Part shown: piece by piece, positions 1 through 8,827 of the stretch
How positions within the stretch are numbered: position 1 is the stretch's first letter
Layout of the letters: each line of letters opens with the position of its first letter
Assembly: GCA_045534635.1 (NCBI GenBank)
Contig: JAZSKB010000039.1
Coordinates: forward strand, 74,722-106,721
Direction: 5' to 3'
DNA length: 32,000 nt
Origin: Bacteroidales bacterium
GTDB lineage: Bacteria; Bacteroidota; Bacteroidia; Bacteroidales; WCHB1-69
Notes under the pieces: generated by a model
What the model saw: only the letters and a program-made list of their open reading frames with translations
Databases searched by the model: none
Told to the model about the DNA's origin: nothing
Position numbers and translations under genes: made by a program

Positions 1-220
1 ATAAATACAATGGATAAATCTCTTCAAACAACTGAGCAGCAGATACATAAGAACCATTAGCATAATATGTTTTTGCTGCTTCATATTTTGCTTCTTTGGT
101 TTTCAATCGTTTGGATACTTTAATAATATTTTTTTTCTTTTCTTTGGCTGACAAAGAAAAAACACTACCTTCCAAACAGAAAATCGAAAACAATATTACC
201 AAAAATATCTTTTTATTCAT
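1..220 (-). CDS. N-terminal part of a lipoprotein, BamD/YfiO-like (gene runs off the window edge)
   Basis: Hand translation from ATG at 220..218 gives MNKKIFLVILFSIFCLEGSVFSLSAKEKKKNIIKVSKRLKTKEAKYEAAKTYYANGSYVSAAQLFEEIYPLYL, open to position 1. It has a signal peptide with a Cys. The KYEAAKxYYxxGxYxxAxxLFEEIxPLY pattern resembles BamD N-termini from memory. It is not in the ORF track because it is incomplete. Confidence 0.4.
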   Translation of the reverse strand, partial: MNKKIFLVILFSIFCLEGSVFSLSAKEKKKNIIKVSKRLKTKEAKYEAAKTYYANGSYVSAAQLFEEIYPLYL

Positions 221-239
221 CAATAACTATTTTAACTTG

Positions 240-247
240 CAAAGATA
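240..247 (-). promoter_or_regulatory. Bacteroidota-type -7 promoter box (TAtcTTTG on the minus strand)
   Basis: The plus strand reads caaagata, so the minus strand reads TATCTTTG. It lies 20 nt upstream of the ATG at 220 and matches the TAnnTTTG consensus. Confidence 0.4.
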
Positions 248-312
248 CAATTTTTTTTAATAAAAATTCTTTCTATTTTTATTTATCTTTTCTTTTATTA
301 TAAATTACTGTT

Positions 313-2826
313 TTACTTTACATTAAGATAGATATTATTCCACCATTGTGCATCATTTTTCAAATATTTTGCAAACCAAGCCATAATAGTATTTGTCCAT
401 TCAAGACGTTTTTTATAATCACTAATACCATGATTTTCGCCTTCCACTTGTATAAATTCGACCTCTTTTCCTAAAATTTTCAGTGCGTTATACATTTGAA
501 TACTTTCTCCAATAGGAACATTTGTATCTACCATACCATGAAGCAACAATAGCGGTGTATTTATTTTATCGGCATTAAACAATGGACTTTGTTTTATATA
601 CAAATCACTGTTATTCCAAGGATAACTATCAGCATTGGCAATAGAACAATAACCAATTCCCCAATAACCTTCTCCCCAATAACTACTAATTGCACTAATC
701 CCGGCATGAGAAATTGCCGCTGCAAAAATATCAGTTTGAGTAAGTAAATATTGTGTCATAAAACCACCATAACTTGCTCCAAAACAACCAATATGATTTT
801 TATCTACAAAAGCATGTTCTTTACAAAATTGTTTCACACCCAAAATTATCTCATCTGCTGTACGTTGACCCCAAGCATTTACATGTCTTGCACTAAATTC
901 CTGCCCAAAACCTGTTGTCCCTGACGGATTCAATGTATAAACCACATAACCTTGTACCGCATAAAGATGCATAGCGTAACTATGTTCCAACAAACGACTT
1001 GTAGGAGAAGTCCCTCCATAATAATAAACCAACATTGGATATGTTTTTGTAGAATCAAAATACGGTGGTAAATAATATCTACCTGTTATTAATGTGCTAT
1101 CGGTTGCATAAAAATTCCAATCGTACATGGTTCCTAAAACAACATTTTGCAATTTCTCTGCCGATATATCTAAAACAAGTGTACTTTTCCCTTTTTTTCC
1201 ATTTATCACATAACATCTATCAGCATTTGACACACTTTGTCCATAATACAAAATTGATGATGACGAATTTGACACTGAAAAAGATTTCACATAATCTTCT
1301 TGATTATCAAGCTTTTTAATCTCACCTTGAGCACTTATAGAAAATAGATGTTGATAATCTCTATCTTCTGCCAAAACATAAATAGTATTATTGTAATCAC
1401 TCCAAAATGCCGCATTTACTGACGGATTAAATTTTTTAGTAATCGGTAAAATTTGTTTATTGGCTATTGTATATATATATAACTGATTATCATAGGAATT
1501 ACCTATTTTTTCTTTACCCAAATTTGCTCCAATTCCATCAAAAGCCTCTGGTCCTGCCATTATCAACAACTGTTGATTATCAGGAGAATATGTTACTTTT
1601 GATATATATTTTTCTCTCCAAAACAATGTATCAACTTTCAATGTTAACAAATCTAATTGATAAATATTTGTCGTGGAAAATGGTCGTTGGGTATAATCTG
1701 TATGAGCAGTTCCATACAAAATATAACGACTATCTGAAGAAATATCGTACAAATGAGTAGATAAAGAACCAAATGTAAGTCGTTCTAAGACACCTGTTTT
1801 TATATCATAATACGCCAAATAAGTACGATTTCTCCAACCTTGTTGCCTATCGTATGGGTCTAAAATCCGTTGCATTGCTTTACTTTCCCTTTTTTCGCCT
1901 TCATCTTTAAGGGAAAAAATCAACGTTTGTTCATTTGGGGCTATTGCAAAATTACCTTCTGGTAAATTATTATCAATAACAACTTGTTGCAAATCAACAG
2001 GATTCATAGACACTAATTCTCTACCTTTCATACCTTTTCGCGTAAAATACAAACTATTGGTTGTAGGTAACCAACGAGCAGATAACAAATAAGATTTATC
2101 TTGTAAAATCACTTTTTGAGTTGTTATATCTATCAATTGCACATAACTTTCTATTTGTGTATTTTTTCTTTCTGTAAAATTAATCAATGCGTATTTTCCA
2201 TTAGGAGAAATTTGCACTTGACGAATATTTTTACCATCCATCAAAGTTTTAAAATCATACAATCGTTTTGTGTCATTTGTACATTGAGTTATTTTACCTG
2301 TACTATCGGCGGTAAAAACGACTTTCAAAAGATTTTCATTGTTGTTTTTTTTATTTGATAAATACCTAATATAAAAGTTGTTACAACCATTTAAAAGATT
2401 TACTTCAAAAGAAATTGAACTAAATGTATCTGTTGTTGTTTTTTCTTTCTTTTTTTCATTATTAAAATAAACAGCGACCATATCTGTAGCCGTTACTACA
2501 ATTTTTGCATGATTGAATCCATCACTATTCAATTGAAAAGCAAATATATGCAACTGATATTCAGAAGTATCAGAAATAAAAGAAAGAACACCATTTGTAT
2601 CGGTTGACAATATTGAAGATGCTTTCAAGGCTTTATTAACATCAATTCTTGTATCCAATAATTCTTTATTACCAAAAGATTTTCCTTTAATATTAACACT
2701 ATCTACCAATATCGGTTGTCGAACAGAAATTGCACCACTATATTTATAAGATTGAACAATATCCGATTGTGCATATATCATCGAAGATGCCAAAATAAAA
2801 AAAATTGTTAAACTAAAATGTCTCAT
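313..2826 (-). CDS. S9 family (prolyl oligopeptidase/dipeptidyl peptidase type) serine peptidase, secreted
   Basis: 837-aa ORF. It has an N-terminal signal peptide (MRHFSLTIFFILASSMIYAQS), a long beta-propeller-like N-terminal region, and a C-terminal alpha/beta hydrolase with the nucleophile elbow GASYGG and a later GENHGI His motif. Confidence 0.85.
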   Translation of the reverse strand: MRHFSLTIFFILASSMIYAQSDIVQSYKYSGAISVRQPILVDSVNIKGKSFGNKELLDTRIDVNKALKASSILSTDTNGVLSFISDTSEYQLHIFAFQLNSDGFNHAKIVVTATDMVAVYFNNEKKKEKTTTDTFSSISFEVNLLNGCNNFYIRYLSNKKNNNENLLKVVFTADSTGKITQCTNDTKRLYDFKTLMDGKNIRQVQISPNGKYALINFTERKNTQIESYVQLIDITTQKVILQDKSYLLSARWLPTTNSLYFTRKGMKGRELVSMNPVDLQQVVIDNNLPEGNFAIAPNEQTLIFSLKDEGEKRESKAMQRILDPYDRQQGWRNRTYLAYYDIKTGVLERLTFGSLSTHLYDISSDSRYILYGTAHTDYTQRPFSTTNIYQLDLLTLKVDTLFWREKYISKVTYSPDNQQLLIMAGPEAFDGIGANLGKEKIGNSYDNQLYIYTIANKQILPITKKFNPSVNAAFWSDYNNTIYVLAEDRDYQHLFSISAQGEIKKLDNQEDYVKSFSVSNSSSSILYYGQSVSNADRCYVINGKKGKSTLVLDISAEKLQNVVLGTMYDWNFYATDSTLITGRYYLPPYFDSTKTYPMLVYYYGGTSPTSRLLEHSYAMHLYAVQGYVVYTLNPSGTTGFGQEFSARHVNAWGQRTADEIILGVKQFCKEHAFVDKNHIGCFGASYGGFMTQYLLTQTDIFAAAISHAGISAISSYWGEGYWGIGYCSIANADSYPWNNSDLYIKQSPLFNADKINTPLLLLHGMVDTNVPIGESIQMYNALKILGKEVEFIQVEGENHGISDYKKRLEWTNTIMAWFAKYLKNDAQWWNNIYLNVK

Positions 2827-3010
2827 ATTTTACTACATTTACAAAAAAAATAACTAAATAAGCAACGTTTTGTTAATCCAAAAATTGCAATCAGAGAAAA
2901 AAAATCAAAAAAAAAACATTCTATCAATAGTTAACACACACAAAATAAAGCAAAATAATCAATTAGAAAAAAATAATAACATAAATTAGAAAAATTAGAA
3001 AAAAAAATTA

Positions 3011-3018
3011 TACCTTTG
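3011..3018 (+). promoter_or_regulatory. Bacteroidota-type -7 box (TAccTTTG) for SRP RNA
   Basis: TACCTTTG lies 5 nt upstream of the first G of the SRP RNA helix. Confidence 0.55.
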
Positions 3019-3022
3019 CAAC

Positions 3023-3119
3023 GGGTAAGTCTTATACGACTAGCTCCTGCTGAACTCCCCCAGGACTGGAAGGTAGCAAGGGTAAGGTGGTTGAGCGGTG
3101 CGATATAAGTAGCTTGCCC
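3023..3119 (+). ncRNA. ffs: Signal recognition particle RNA (small bacterial 4.5S type)
   Basis: Contains cccaggactggaaggtagcaagggtaagg, which matches the conserved domain IV pattern (E. coli CAGGUCCGGAAGGAAGCAGCCAAGG). The 5' GGGTAAG..CTTATA pairs with the 3' TATAAG..CTTGCCC to close one long hairpin. A T6 run follows. GC-rich relative to its surroundings. Confidence 0.8.
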
Positions 3120-3125
3120 TTTTTT

Positions 3126-3746
3126 ATGGCAAAATTTCTTAAATTATACGAAAACAATCCTAACGAAAGGCATATTCAACAAATCGTTGATTGTCTGCAA
3201 AATGGTGGAATAATTATTGCACCAACAGATACTGTCTACGGAATTTGTTGCGATATTTTCAATCCCAAAGCACTTGATAAATTATGTCAACTAACAAATA
3301 AAAAAAAGGAAAAATCCAATTTTTCATTTATTTGTTACGATTTGAGTTCATTGTCTGAATTTGCAAAACCTATCAGTAATAATGTATTCAAACTAATGAA
3401 ACAAGTTTTACCGGGACCATATACTTTTGTATTGGAAGCCAACAATAATGTTCCAAAACTCATACAAAAAAAGAAAACTGTAGGAATACGTATTCCCGAC
3501 AACAATATCACAAGAACTATTGTTCAGAAATTGGGGCACCCTATAATGAATGCATCTTTGAAAACAGAAGATGATTTATTGGAATATATTACCGACCCAG
3601 AATTGATATACGAAAAATATGAGCATCTAGTTGATATTGTTATAGATGGAGGTTATGGAGATTACACCCCTTCAACAGTTCTCAATTGTGTTGGTGGAGA
3701 GATTGAATTGATACGCAAAGGGAAAGGGATAATTGATTTTATATAA
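3126..3746 (+). CDS. tsaC: L-threonylcarbamoyladenylate synthase (YrdC/TsaC family)
   Basis: Has YrdC-fold motifs (IIIAPTDTVYGICCD, LPGPYTFVL, TVGIRIPDN, PSTVL). I moved the start to the ATG at 3126 (MAKFLKLY) because the track start at 3087 lies inside the SRP RNA. Confidence 0.85.
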   Translation: MAKFLKLYENNPNERHIQQIVDCLQNGGIIIAPTDTVYGICCDIFNPKALDKLCQLTNKKKEKSNFSFICYDLSSLSEFAKPISNNVFKLMKQVLPGPYTFVLEANNNVPKLIQKKKTVGIRIPDNNITRTIVQKLGHPIMNASLKTEDDLLEYITDPELIYEKYEHLVDIVIDGGYGDYTPSTVLNCVGGEIELIRKGKGIIDFI

Positions 3747-3773
3747 AATACAAAAAATTATACCATAAATAAA

Positions 3774-4119
3774 ACAGCAATGTGTCTTGTCGCTGCTTCG
3801 TAAGAAGAAGAGGAAAGTCCGGACAACATAGAGCATCATACTTCCTAACGGGAAGGCATCAGCAATGATGACAGAAAGTGCCGCAGAAAATAACCGCCGA
3901 AAGGTAAGGGTGAAAATGTGAGGTAAGAGCTCACAACATAATATAGCGATATATTATGGGGGTAAACCTTATGAGTTGAAAGACCATGTAAACCGAGGTT
4001 TGAGGGTTGCTCGCCTAACTCGGAGGGTAGGTCGATAGAGACAATTAGTGATAATTGTCGTAGATAAATGACAAGAACTTGAATTTTCAAGCACAGAATC
4101 CGGCTTATAGCATTGCTGT
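3774..4119 (+). ncRNA. rnpB: RNase P RNA, bacterial type A
   Basis: Contains the universal GAGGAAAGTCCGGAC (P4 5' strand) and ACAGAATCCGGCTTA (P4 3' strand). The terminal P1 helix is formed by acagcaatg (3774..) pairing with cattgctgt (..4119). A T-rich run follows. Confidence 0.85.
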
Positions 4120-4289
4120 TTATTTTTTGCATAAAACAATAATAATCAATAATTTATATAACAAAAAAGGCTATTTTTTTCACAATAAAATAATCTCTAA
4201 AAGAAATTTTTTCTATTTGACTTTCAATGAAATAAAAAAAAAAATACACTATTATTTCGTTTTTTTGTTGTTCGTATTGTTTTTTTTGA

Positions 4290-4297
4290 TACTTTTG
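4290..4297 (+). promoter_or_regulatory. Bacteroidota-type -7 box (TActTTTG) for tRNA-Phe
   Basis: TACTTTTG lies 16 nt upstream of tRNA position 1. Confidence 0.5.
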
Positions 4298-4312
4298 CAT
4301 TCCAAATATAAC

Positions 4313-4385
4313 GGTGCTATAGCTCAGTAGGTAGAGCGTCGGACTGAAAATCCGCAGGTCACTGGTTCAACTCCAGTTAGCACCA
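4313..4385 (+). tRNA. tRNA-Phe (anticodon GAA)
   Basis: Hand-folded cloverleaf. Acceptor ggtgcta/tagcacc, D arm gctc..gagc, anticodon loop ctGAAaa, T arm actgg-ttcaact-ccagt, discriminator A. CCA is not encoded. Confidence 0.95.
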
Positions 4386-4549
4386 CAAATTTTAAGCATC
4401 ACCTTCGCGATGTCGTTAAAATAGACGTAATGGCATTCCATTCTGCCAAAAGTGAAGGTCGAATTTTACAATATGGCAGTTTCATGAATGTGCATTTCGC
4501 TTGTTTTGAGTGACTGCTTTTTATTTTTTATTATTAATAGTCTTATATA

Positions 4550-6358
4550 ATGAATAAACGCTGGGTTGTTAACAAATTGGCAAATACAGAAGATGTAAAA
4601 CGCCTTACTGCCGAATTATCTATTAAGGCAGATACCCAGAAATCTCCTTGGCAAGAACCTCTTTCTGCTTTACTCATTCAAAGAGGAATACATACTAAAA
4701 ACGAAGCTGAGACATTTTTCCGACCATCTTTGCAAGACATTCACAATCCATATTTGATGAAAGATATGGACAAAGCCGTTCAAAGAGTGGAAAAGGCTAT
4801 CAATGATAAAGAAAATATACTTATTTTTGGAGATTACGACGTAGATGGTACTTCTGCTGTTGCTTTAATGTATAGTTTTCTAAAAAAACACATTAATGAA
4901 GGAAGCAAAATAGAATATTACGTACCAGATAGATACCTTGAAGGGTATGGTATATCGCAATTGTCTATAGAATACGCTCACGAAAATAATTTTTCTCTTA
5001 TAATAGTTCTTGATTGCGGTATTAAATGTCATAAAGAAATTGCTCTTGCTAATACATACAATATTGATGTTATCATTTGCGACCATCATCTTCCTGATGA
5101 AACATTGCCTTCGGCATACGCAATTCTAGACCCTAAACGTGAAGATTGCAATTATCCATACAAAGAATTAACTGGTTGTGGGGTCGGATTTAAATTGGTT
5201 CAAGCTATTGCTCAAAACAAAAATATTGACATCAAAGAATTAGAAGAATATTTTGATTTACTTGCTATTAGTATCGCTTCCGACGTGGTTCCGATTACAG
5301 GAGAAAATAGAATATTGTCTCATTTTGGACTTCGGCTTATCAATAAAGGACCTCGCACTGGGATAGAATCTTTGTTGGCTTATGGCAAAATATTACGCAA
5401 AACAGACATAAGTTTACCTCCAAAAAAATCTGTTTTCACACGAGAAATTACAATTAATGACCTTGTTTTCTGTGTTGGTCCTCGTATCAATGCCGCTGGT
5501 AGAATGGACACAGGACGCAATTCTGTTCACTTACTTATTAGCCAAAAAGAAGAAAAAACATCGGAATTAGGTCGGCGAGTAGAAGAAAACAATAGCGAAC
5601 GAAGAGAATTGGATAGCAAAACTACCAAAGAAGCAATCGCTATGGTTAAAAATGACACTCTATATACAAACAAACGTTCTATTGTTGTGTATAATCCTCA
5701 ATGGAGTAAAGGGGTTGTTGGCATCGTTGCTTCTCGATTGGTTGAACATTTCTACCGACCTTCTATTGTTTTAACTTTATCTAACGGATTGGTAACTGGT
5801 TCGGCTCGGTCGGTGAGAAATTTCGATTTACACGATGCTTTGTGCAAATGTAGTCATCTTTTAGAACATTTCGGAGGACATACTTTCGCTGCGGGACTTT
5901 CTATTAAACCTGAAAACGTCAACACTTTTATCGATTTTTTTGAAAAAATTGTTACCGAAGACATTAGCGAAGATTCTATTCGTCCTACTATTGATATTGA
6001 TGTAGAAATTTCTTTACACGATATTACAAAATCTCTTTACGATAGAGTTTTACGATTTGCTCCTTTTGGTCCTCAAAATATGAGTCCTATTTTTATGACA
6101 AAAAATGTTTTAGATGACGGAAATGTACGTATCGTTGGAGAAAATCATTTGAAATTATCTCTTTATCAATTAGATGCAAGAAGTTATCCTATTAGTGCTA
6201 TCGGGTTTGGATTGGGAGAACATTACGATAAAATTGCTGCTGGGCAATCATTTCATATTTGTTATCACATTGATATGAATGAATGGCAAGGAAGAACGTA
6301 TATACAACTGATTATCAAAGATATAAAATTTGAATTTGACGAAAAAGATATTATATAA
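4550..6358 (+). CDS. recJ: Single-stranded-DNA-specific exonuclease RecJ
   Basis: Has DHH motifs (IFGDYDVDGTS, LDCG, ICDHH) and a DHHA1 motif (GGHTFAAG). Length 602 aa. Confidence 0.9.
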   Translation: MNKRWVVNKLANTEDVKRLTAELSIKADTQKSPWQEPLSALLIQRGIHTKNEAETFFRPSLQDIHNPYLMKDMDKAVQRVEKAINDKENILIFGDYDVDGTSAVALMYSFLKKHINEGSKIEYYVPDRYLEGYGISQLSIEYAHENNFSLIIVLDCGIKCHKEIALANTYNIDVIICDHHLPDETLPSAYAILDPKREDCNYPYKELTGCGVGFKLVQAIAQNKNIDIKELEEYFDLLAISIASDVVPITGENRILSHFGLRLINKGPRTGIESLLAYGKILRKTDISLPPKKSVFTREITINDLVFCVGPRINAAGRMDTGRNSVHLLISQKEEKTSELGRRVEENNSERRELDSKTTKEAIAMVKNDTLYTNKRSIVVYNPQWSKGVVGIVASRLVEHFYRPSIVLTLSNGLVTGSARSVRNFDLHDALCKCSHLLEHFGGHTFAAGLSIKPENVNTFIDFFEKIVTEDISEDSIRPTIDIDVEISLHDITKSLYDRVLRFAPFGPQNMSPIFMTKNVLDDGNVRIVGENHLKLSLYQLDARSYPISAIGFGLGEHYDKIAAGQSFHICYHIDMNEWQGRTYIQLIIKDIKFEFDEKDII

Positions 6359-6359
6359 T

Positions 6360-6782
6360 CTATTTTATTATATGTTCTATCGCTAAACGATAACCATCTA
6401 ATCCAAAGCCACAGATACTTCCTTTGCAACAACTTGATAATAAAGACTTTTTCCTTATAATTTCTCGATTATAGATATTGGAAATATGAACCTCAATTGC
6501 AATAATATTTGTTGCCCTTATTGCATCTGCTATCGCCAATGAGGTATGAGAAAATGCTCCTGCATTAATTATTAATGAATCAAAAGAATTGCAACGATGG
6601 ATTCGTTCTACTATTTCTTTTTCACTATTCGATTGAAAATAATCTATCTCTATATTGTAAGTAGAAAAATGTTGTTTTAACGACAATAAATATTCTTCAA
6701 ACGATTGATTTCCATATATTTGAATTTCTCTTTTGCCTTGTAAGTTCAAATTAACACCATTGATTATGAGTATTTTTTTCAT
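6360..6782 (-). CDS. aroQ: Type II 3-dehydroquinate dehydratase
   Basis: N-terminus MKKILIINGVNLNLQGKREIQIYG, plus the HISNI and SH motifs typical of AroQ. Length 140 aa. Confidence 0.9.
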   Translation of the reverse strand: MKKILIINGVNLNLQGKREIQIYGNQSFEEYLLSLKQHFSTYNIEIDYFQSNSEKEIVERIHRCNSFDSLIINAGAFSHTSLAIADAIRATNIIAIEVHISNIYNREIIRKKSLLSSCCKGSICGFGLDGYRLAIEHIIK

Positions 6783-6784
6783 TT

Positions 6785-7081
6785 TTATTCATCTATTTGA
6801 TTAGAAATTCTAAATACATCTTCATCATCTTTTTTAAGATAAAGATGGGTTCTTAAAAAATTTTCTTGATTGCTTTGACTATTTTGAATCAACTCATTAT
6901 TTTGTTCTTGCAATTGAAGAATTAAGTTTTTTTGCATTTCCAATTCTGCTTTCAATTGTCGAATTTCTTTATCTAACTTACGATGTTGAAAAACACCTCC
7001 TTCGCCAAAAAGAAAGTAACCTAAAAACACTATAAAAGCAATTCCCCACCGATACTTTTTTATTAATTGCAACAATTTCAT
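6785..7081 (-). CDS. Septum formation initiator family protein (FtsB/DivIC-like)
   Basis: 98 aa. One N-terminal TM helix followed by a coiled coil (KLDKEIRQLKAELEMQKNLILQLQEQNNEL), which is the typical FtsB/DivIC architecture. Confidence 0.6.
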   Translation of the reverse strand: MKLLQLIKKYRWGIAFIVFLGYFLFGEGGVFQHRKLDKEIRQLKAELEMQKNLILQLQEQNNELIQNSQSNQENFLRTHLYLKKDDEDVFRISNQIDE

Positions 7082-7101
7082 AACATATATTTTTATAATT
7101 G

Positions 7102-7109
7102 CAAAAGTA
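7102..7109 (-). promoter_or_regulatory. Bacteroidota-type -7 box (TActTTTG on the minus strand)
   Basis: The plus strand reads caaaagta. It lies 21 nt upstream of the ATG at 7081. Confidence 0.45.
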
Positions 7110-7540
7110 ACATTTTTTCAGATATGCTCACAACATCGCAAACATATTTTAATATTTTTTATTATATTTTAAATTGATATTATATTGTGTAATAACTATC
7201 CATCTTGATTTTATTTTTACAAACCTACTTTTAAAACCGAATATAAGAACATTTTGCTTATTATATCGCCATTCCATAGGTTGTTCAGAAATTCTTTGGC
7301 AGACCATACCGCCACTCCGTTAAATATCTTTACTTTTTTCAAAACAAACTACTATTAATTTGCACTTCAGATGTTCCTCTTGAAATGCTTTAAAACTTTT
7401 TAAATGCAATGAAACAATTCTTTCGAAGGATTTTATTTCTGCCTATTTCTAAATGAAAATTTGGACTGATACTTCAAGTTTTACAATAAAATGTGAAGTA
7501 GCGGTTAGGAAATTTACACAAAAATAAATTTAGTAAAGTA

Positions 7541-8827
7541 TTATTGTACTGCTTGGTAAAATTTTTGCAAAAGTATTTTGTTATAATTGATAATCTCATC
7601 TATTTTATCAACCGACAACAAAGCTTCTCTATTATCCAAATTCACTGTTATTATTTGGTCTATACTACCAAGTTTTAAAAATAATATATTCGGAATTGAG
7701 TAACTCGTTCTTATATTGACATTTTGTGATTTAGTGAATTCTGCATGTTTTTGAGATGATAAATATATCATATTTCTTTCATCTTCAATATATTGTGCTT
7801 CTTGTTGGTTATTTGCACGTTTAAAAGGAATAATGTGGTGTAACTCGTAATTAGGAGTATGTTTTATGTTATGGTAGCGAAAATATTTTTCCTTTGGCTT
7901 TTGACTACGTTGAGCTGACTGGACAAATAATCCATATTGACCATCGTTGAGTATTAGATTATCATCTATAACCTTGAAATAGGTAGAATTATTTAGTAAT
8001 TTATAAATTTGTTGGCTTTCATTTTTCCAGTTATGATAATCACGAGCGTAAGATTTGTTTATTCTGGGTTTTTGAGGATTACAATACATTTGTAATAGTT
8101 TATTAAGATTGTTTCTCTGAGTCTCTGTTAATCGGCGATATTCAACAAGATACATCAACTTATCATTAAAATATATATTTTCTCTATCATCGGAAAGAAT
8201 ATACATAAACTCTAAAATATTTATGTAATCAAAACGGTTGTCGGTAGAGAGCAACTCTACCATATCTGTTGCAGCATTCTTTGTTAGTATATCAACGGCA
8301 TCGGTATAGTATTTACGTCGCTCAAATTCTGTCTTAGATAGAATAAAATTCAACCCTAAAACGGACAATCGTACAGAATAAACTGCTGCTCTTTTCTGTA
8401 AAGGTTTATGTTCTCCTATAGAGAACGATTCATTTATATGATGTTCGTCTTTGTCGTATCTATCTAAGAATCCAGCTCGGGCTAAATCGGGAAAAGTATT
8501 TTTCTTTACTGAATTGATAGTTCCTTTACCTATTCGTTCATTAATTTCTCTTACAATTTCATAATAAGTTATCGCTTCTGGTTGTCTTTCCCCATTATCA
8601 TCACCTACGTGTATTCTAAAAATATCATTGCCTGCCTTCTCATGAATTACTTGGAGTAATGTTCTAAAATAATCATAAGTCAGTCTGTTATGTTGAGAAC
8701 ATTGCGTACCTCGATAGTTATCATCTTGCACTCTATCTACTATATAACTCAAAAACTGATTGTTGGTAGATATATGTTCTATTTTTTTTAGAATTTCATA
8801 ATCTTTCATATTGTATTTCTCCTTCAT
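7541..8827 (-). CDS. Putative Type II(S) restriction endonuclease with a C-terminal HNH (beta-beta-alpha-Me) motif
   Basis: 428 aa. It is the last gene of an overlapping three-gene operon behind two DNA methyltransferases. The motif YELHHIIPFKRANNQQEAQYIEDERNMIYLSSQKHAEF (nt about 7745..7840) fits the HH..N..N..H nuclease pattern. The N-terminal 320 aa or so has no motif I recognise. An alternative start is Met7 at 8809. Confidence 0.6.
   Translation of the reverse strand: MKEKYNMKDYEILKKIEHISTNNQFLSYIVDRVQDDNYRGTQCSQHNRLTYDYFRTLLQVIHEKAGNDIFRIHVGDDNGERQPEAITYYEIVREINERIGKGTINSVKKNTFPDLARAGFLDRYDKDEHHINESFSIGEHKPLQKRAAVYSVRLSVLGLNFILSKTEFERRKYYTDAVDILTKNAATDMVELLSTDNRFDYINILEFMYILSDDRENIYFNDKLMYLVEYRRLTETQRNNLNKLLQMYCNPQKPRINKSYARDYHNWKNESQQIYKLLNNSTYFKVIDDNLILNDGQYGLFVQSAQRSQKPKEKYFRYHNIKHTPNYELHHIIPFKRANNQQEAQYIEDERNMIYLSSQKHAEFTKSQNVNIRTSYSIPNILFLKLGSIDQIITVNLDNREALLSVDKIDEIINYNKILLQKFYQAVQ

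Noticed and set aside
1065-2358. Plus-strand ORFs 1065..1319, 1467..1760 and 2116..2358, and similar antisense ORFs (4880..5089, 9331..9555, 9769..9990, 11547..11810, 12929..13183, 16186..16371, 16430..16645, 16828..17016, 17158..17370, 17190..17606, 19513..19731, 20603..21267, 23363..23963, 24085..24282, 27942..28169, 29418..29822, 29980..30345, 30846..31040)
   Set aside because: All but 19513..19731 lie wholly or largely inside well-supported genes, antisense or in another frame. 19513..19731 only clips the 5' end of the NlpE-like gene and otherwise covers its upstream spacer, including the rplQ terminator. All have the low-complexity F/L/I/N/K/Y-rich composition expected from AT-rich antisense translation and contain no recognisable motifs.
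2940-3010. Triple aattagaaaaa repeat in the A-rich spacer upstream of SRP RNA
   Set aside because: This is low-complexity A-tract DNA typical of the region upstream of strong promoters (UP-element-like). The repeats are too short and degenerate to call as a feature.
7266-7322. Faint resemblance of gccattccataggttgttcagaaattc to the 5S rRNA loop C region (CCCAUUCCGAACC..GAAGUUAAG)
   Set aside because: The similarity is limited to a few bases. The flanks cannot form 5S helices I-V and no rRNA operon is nearby.
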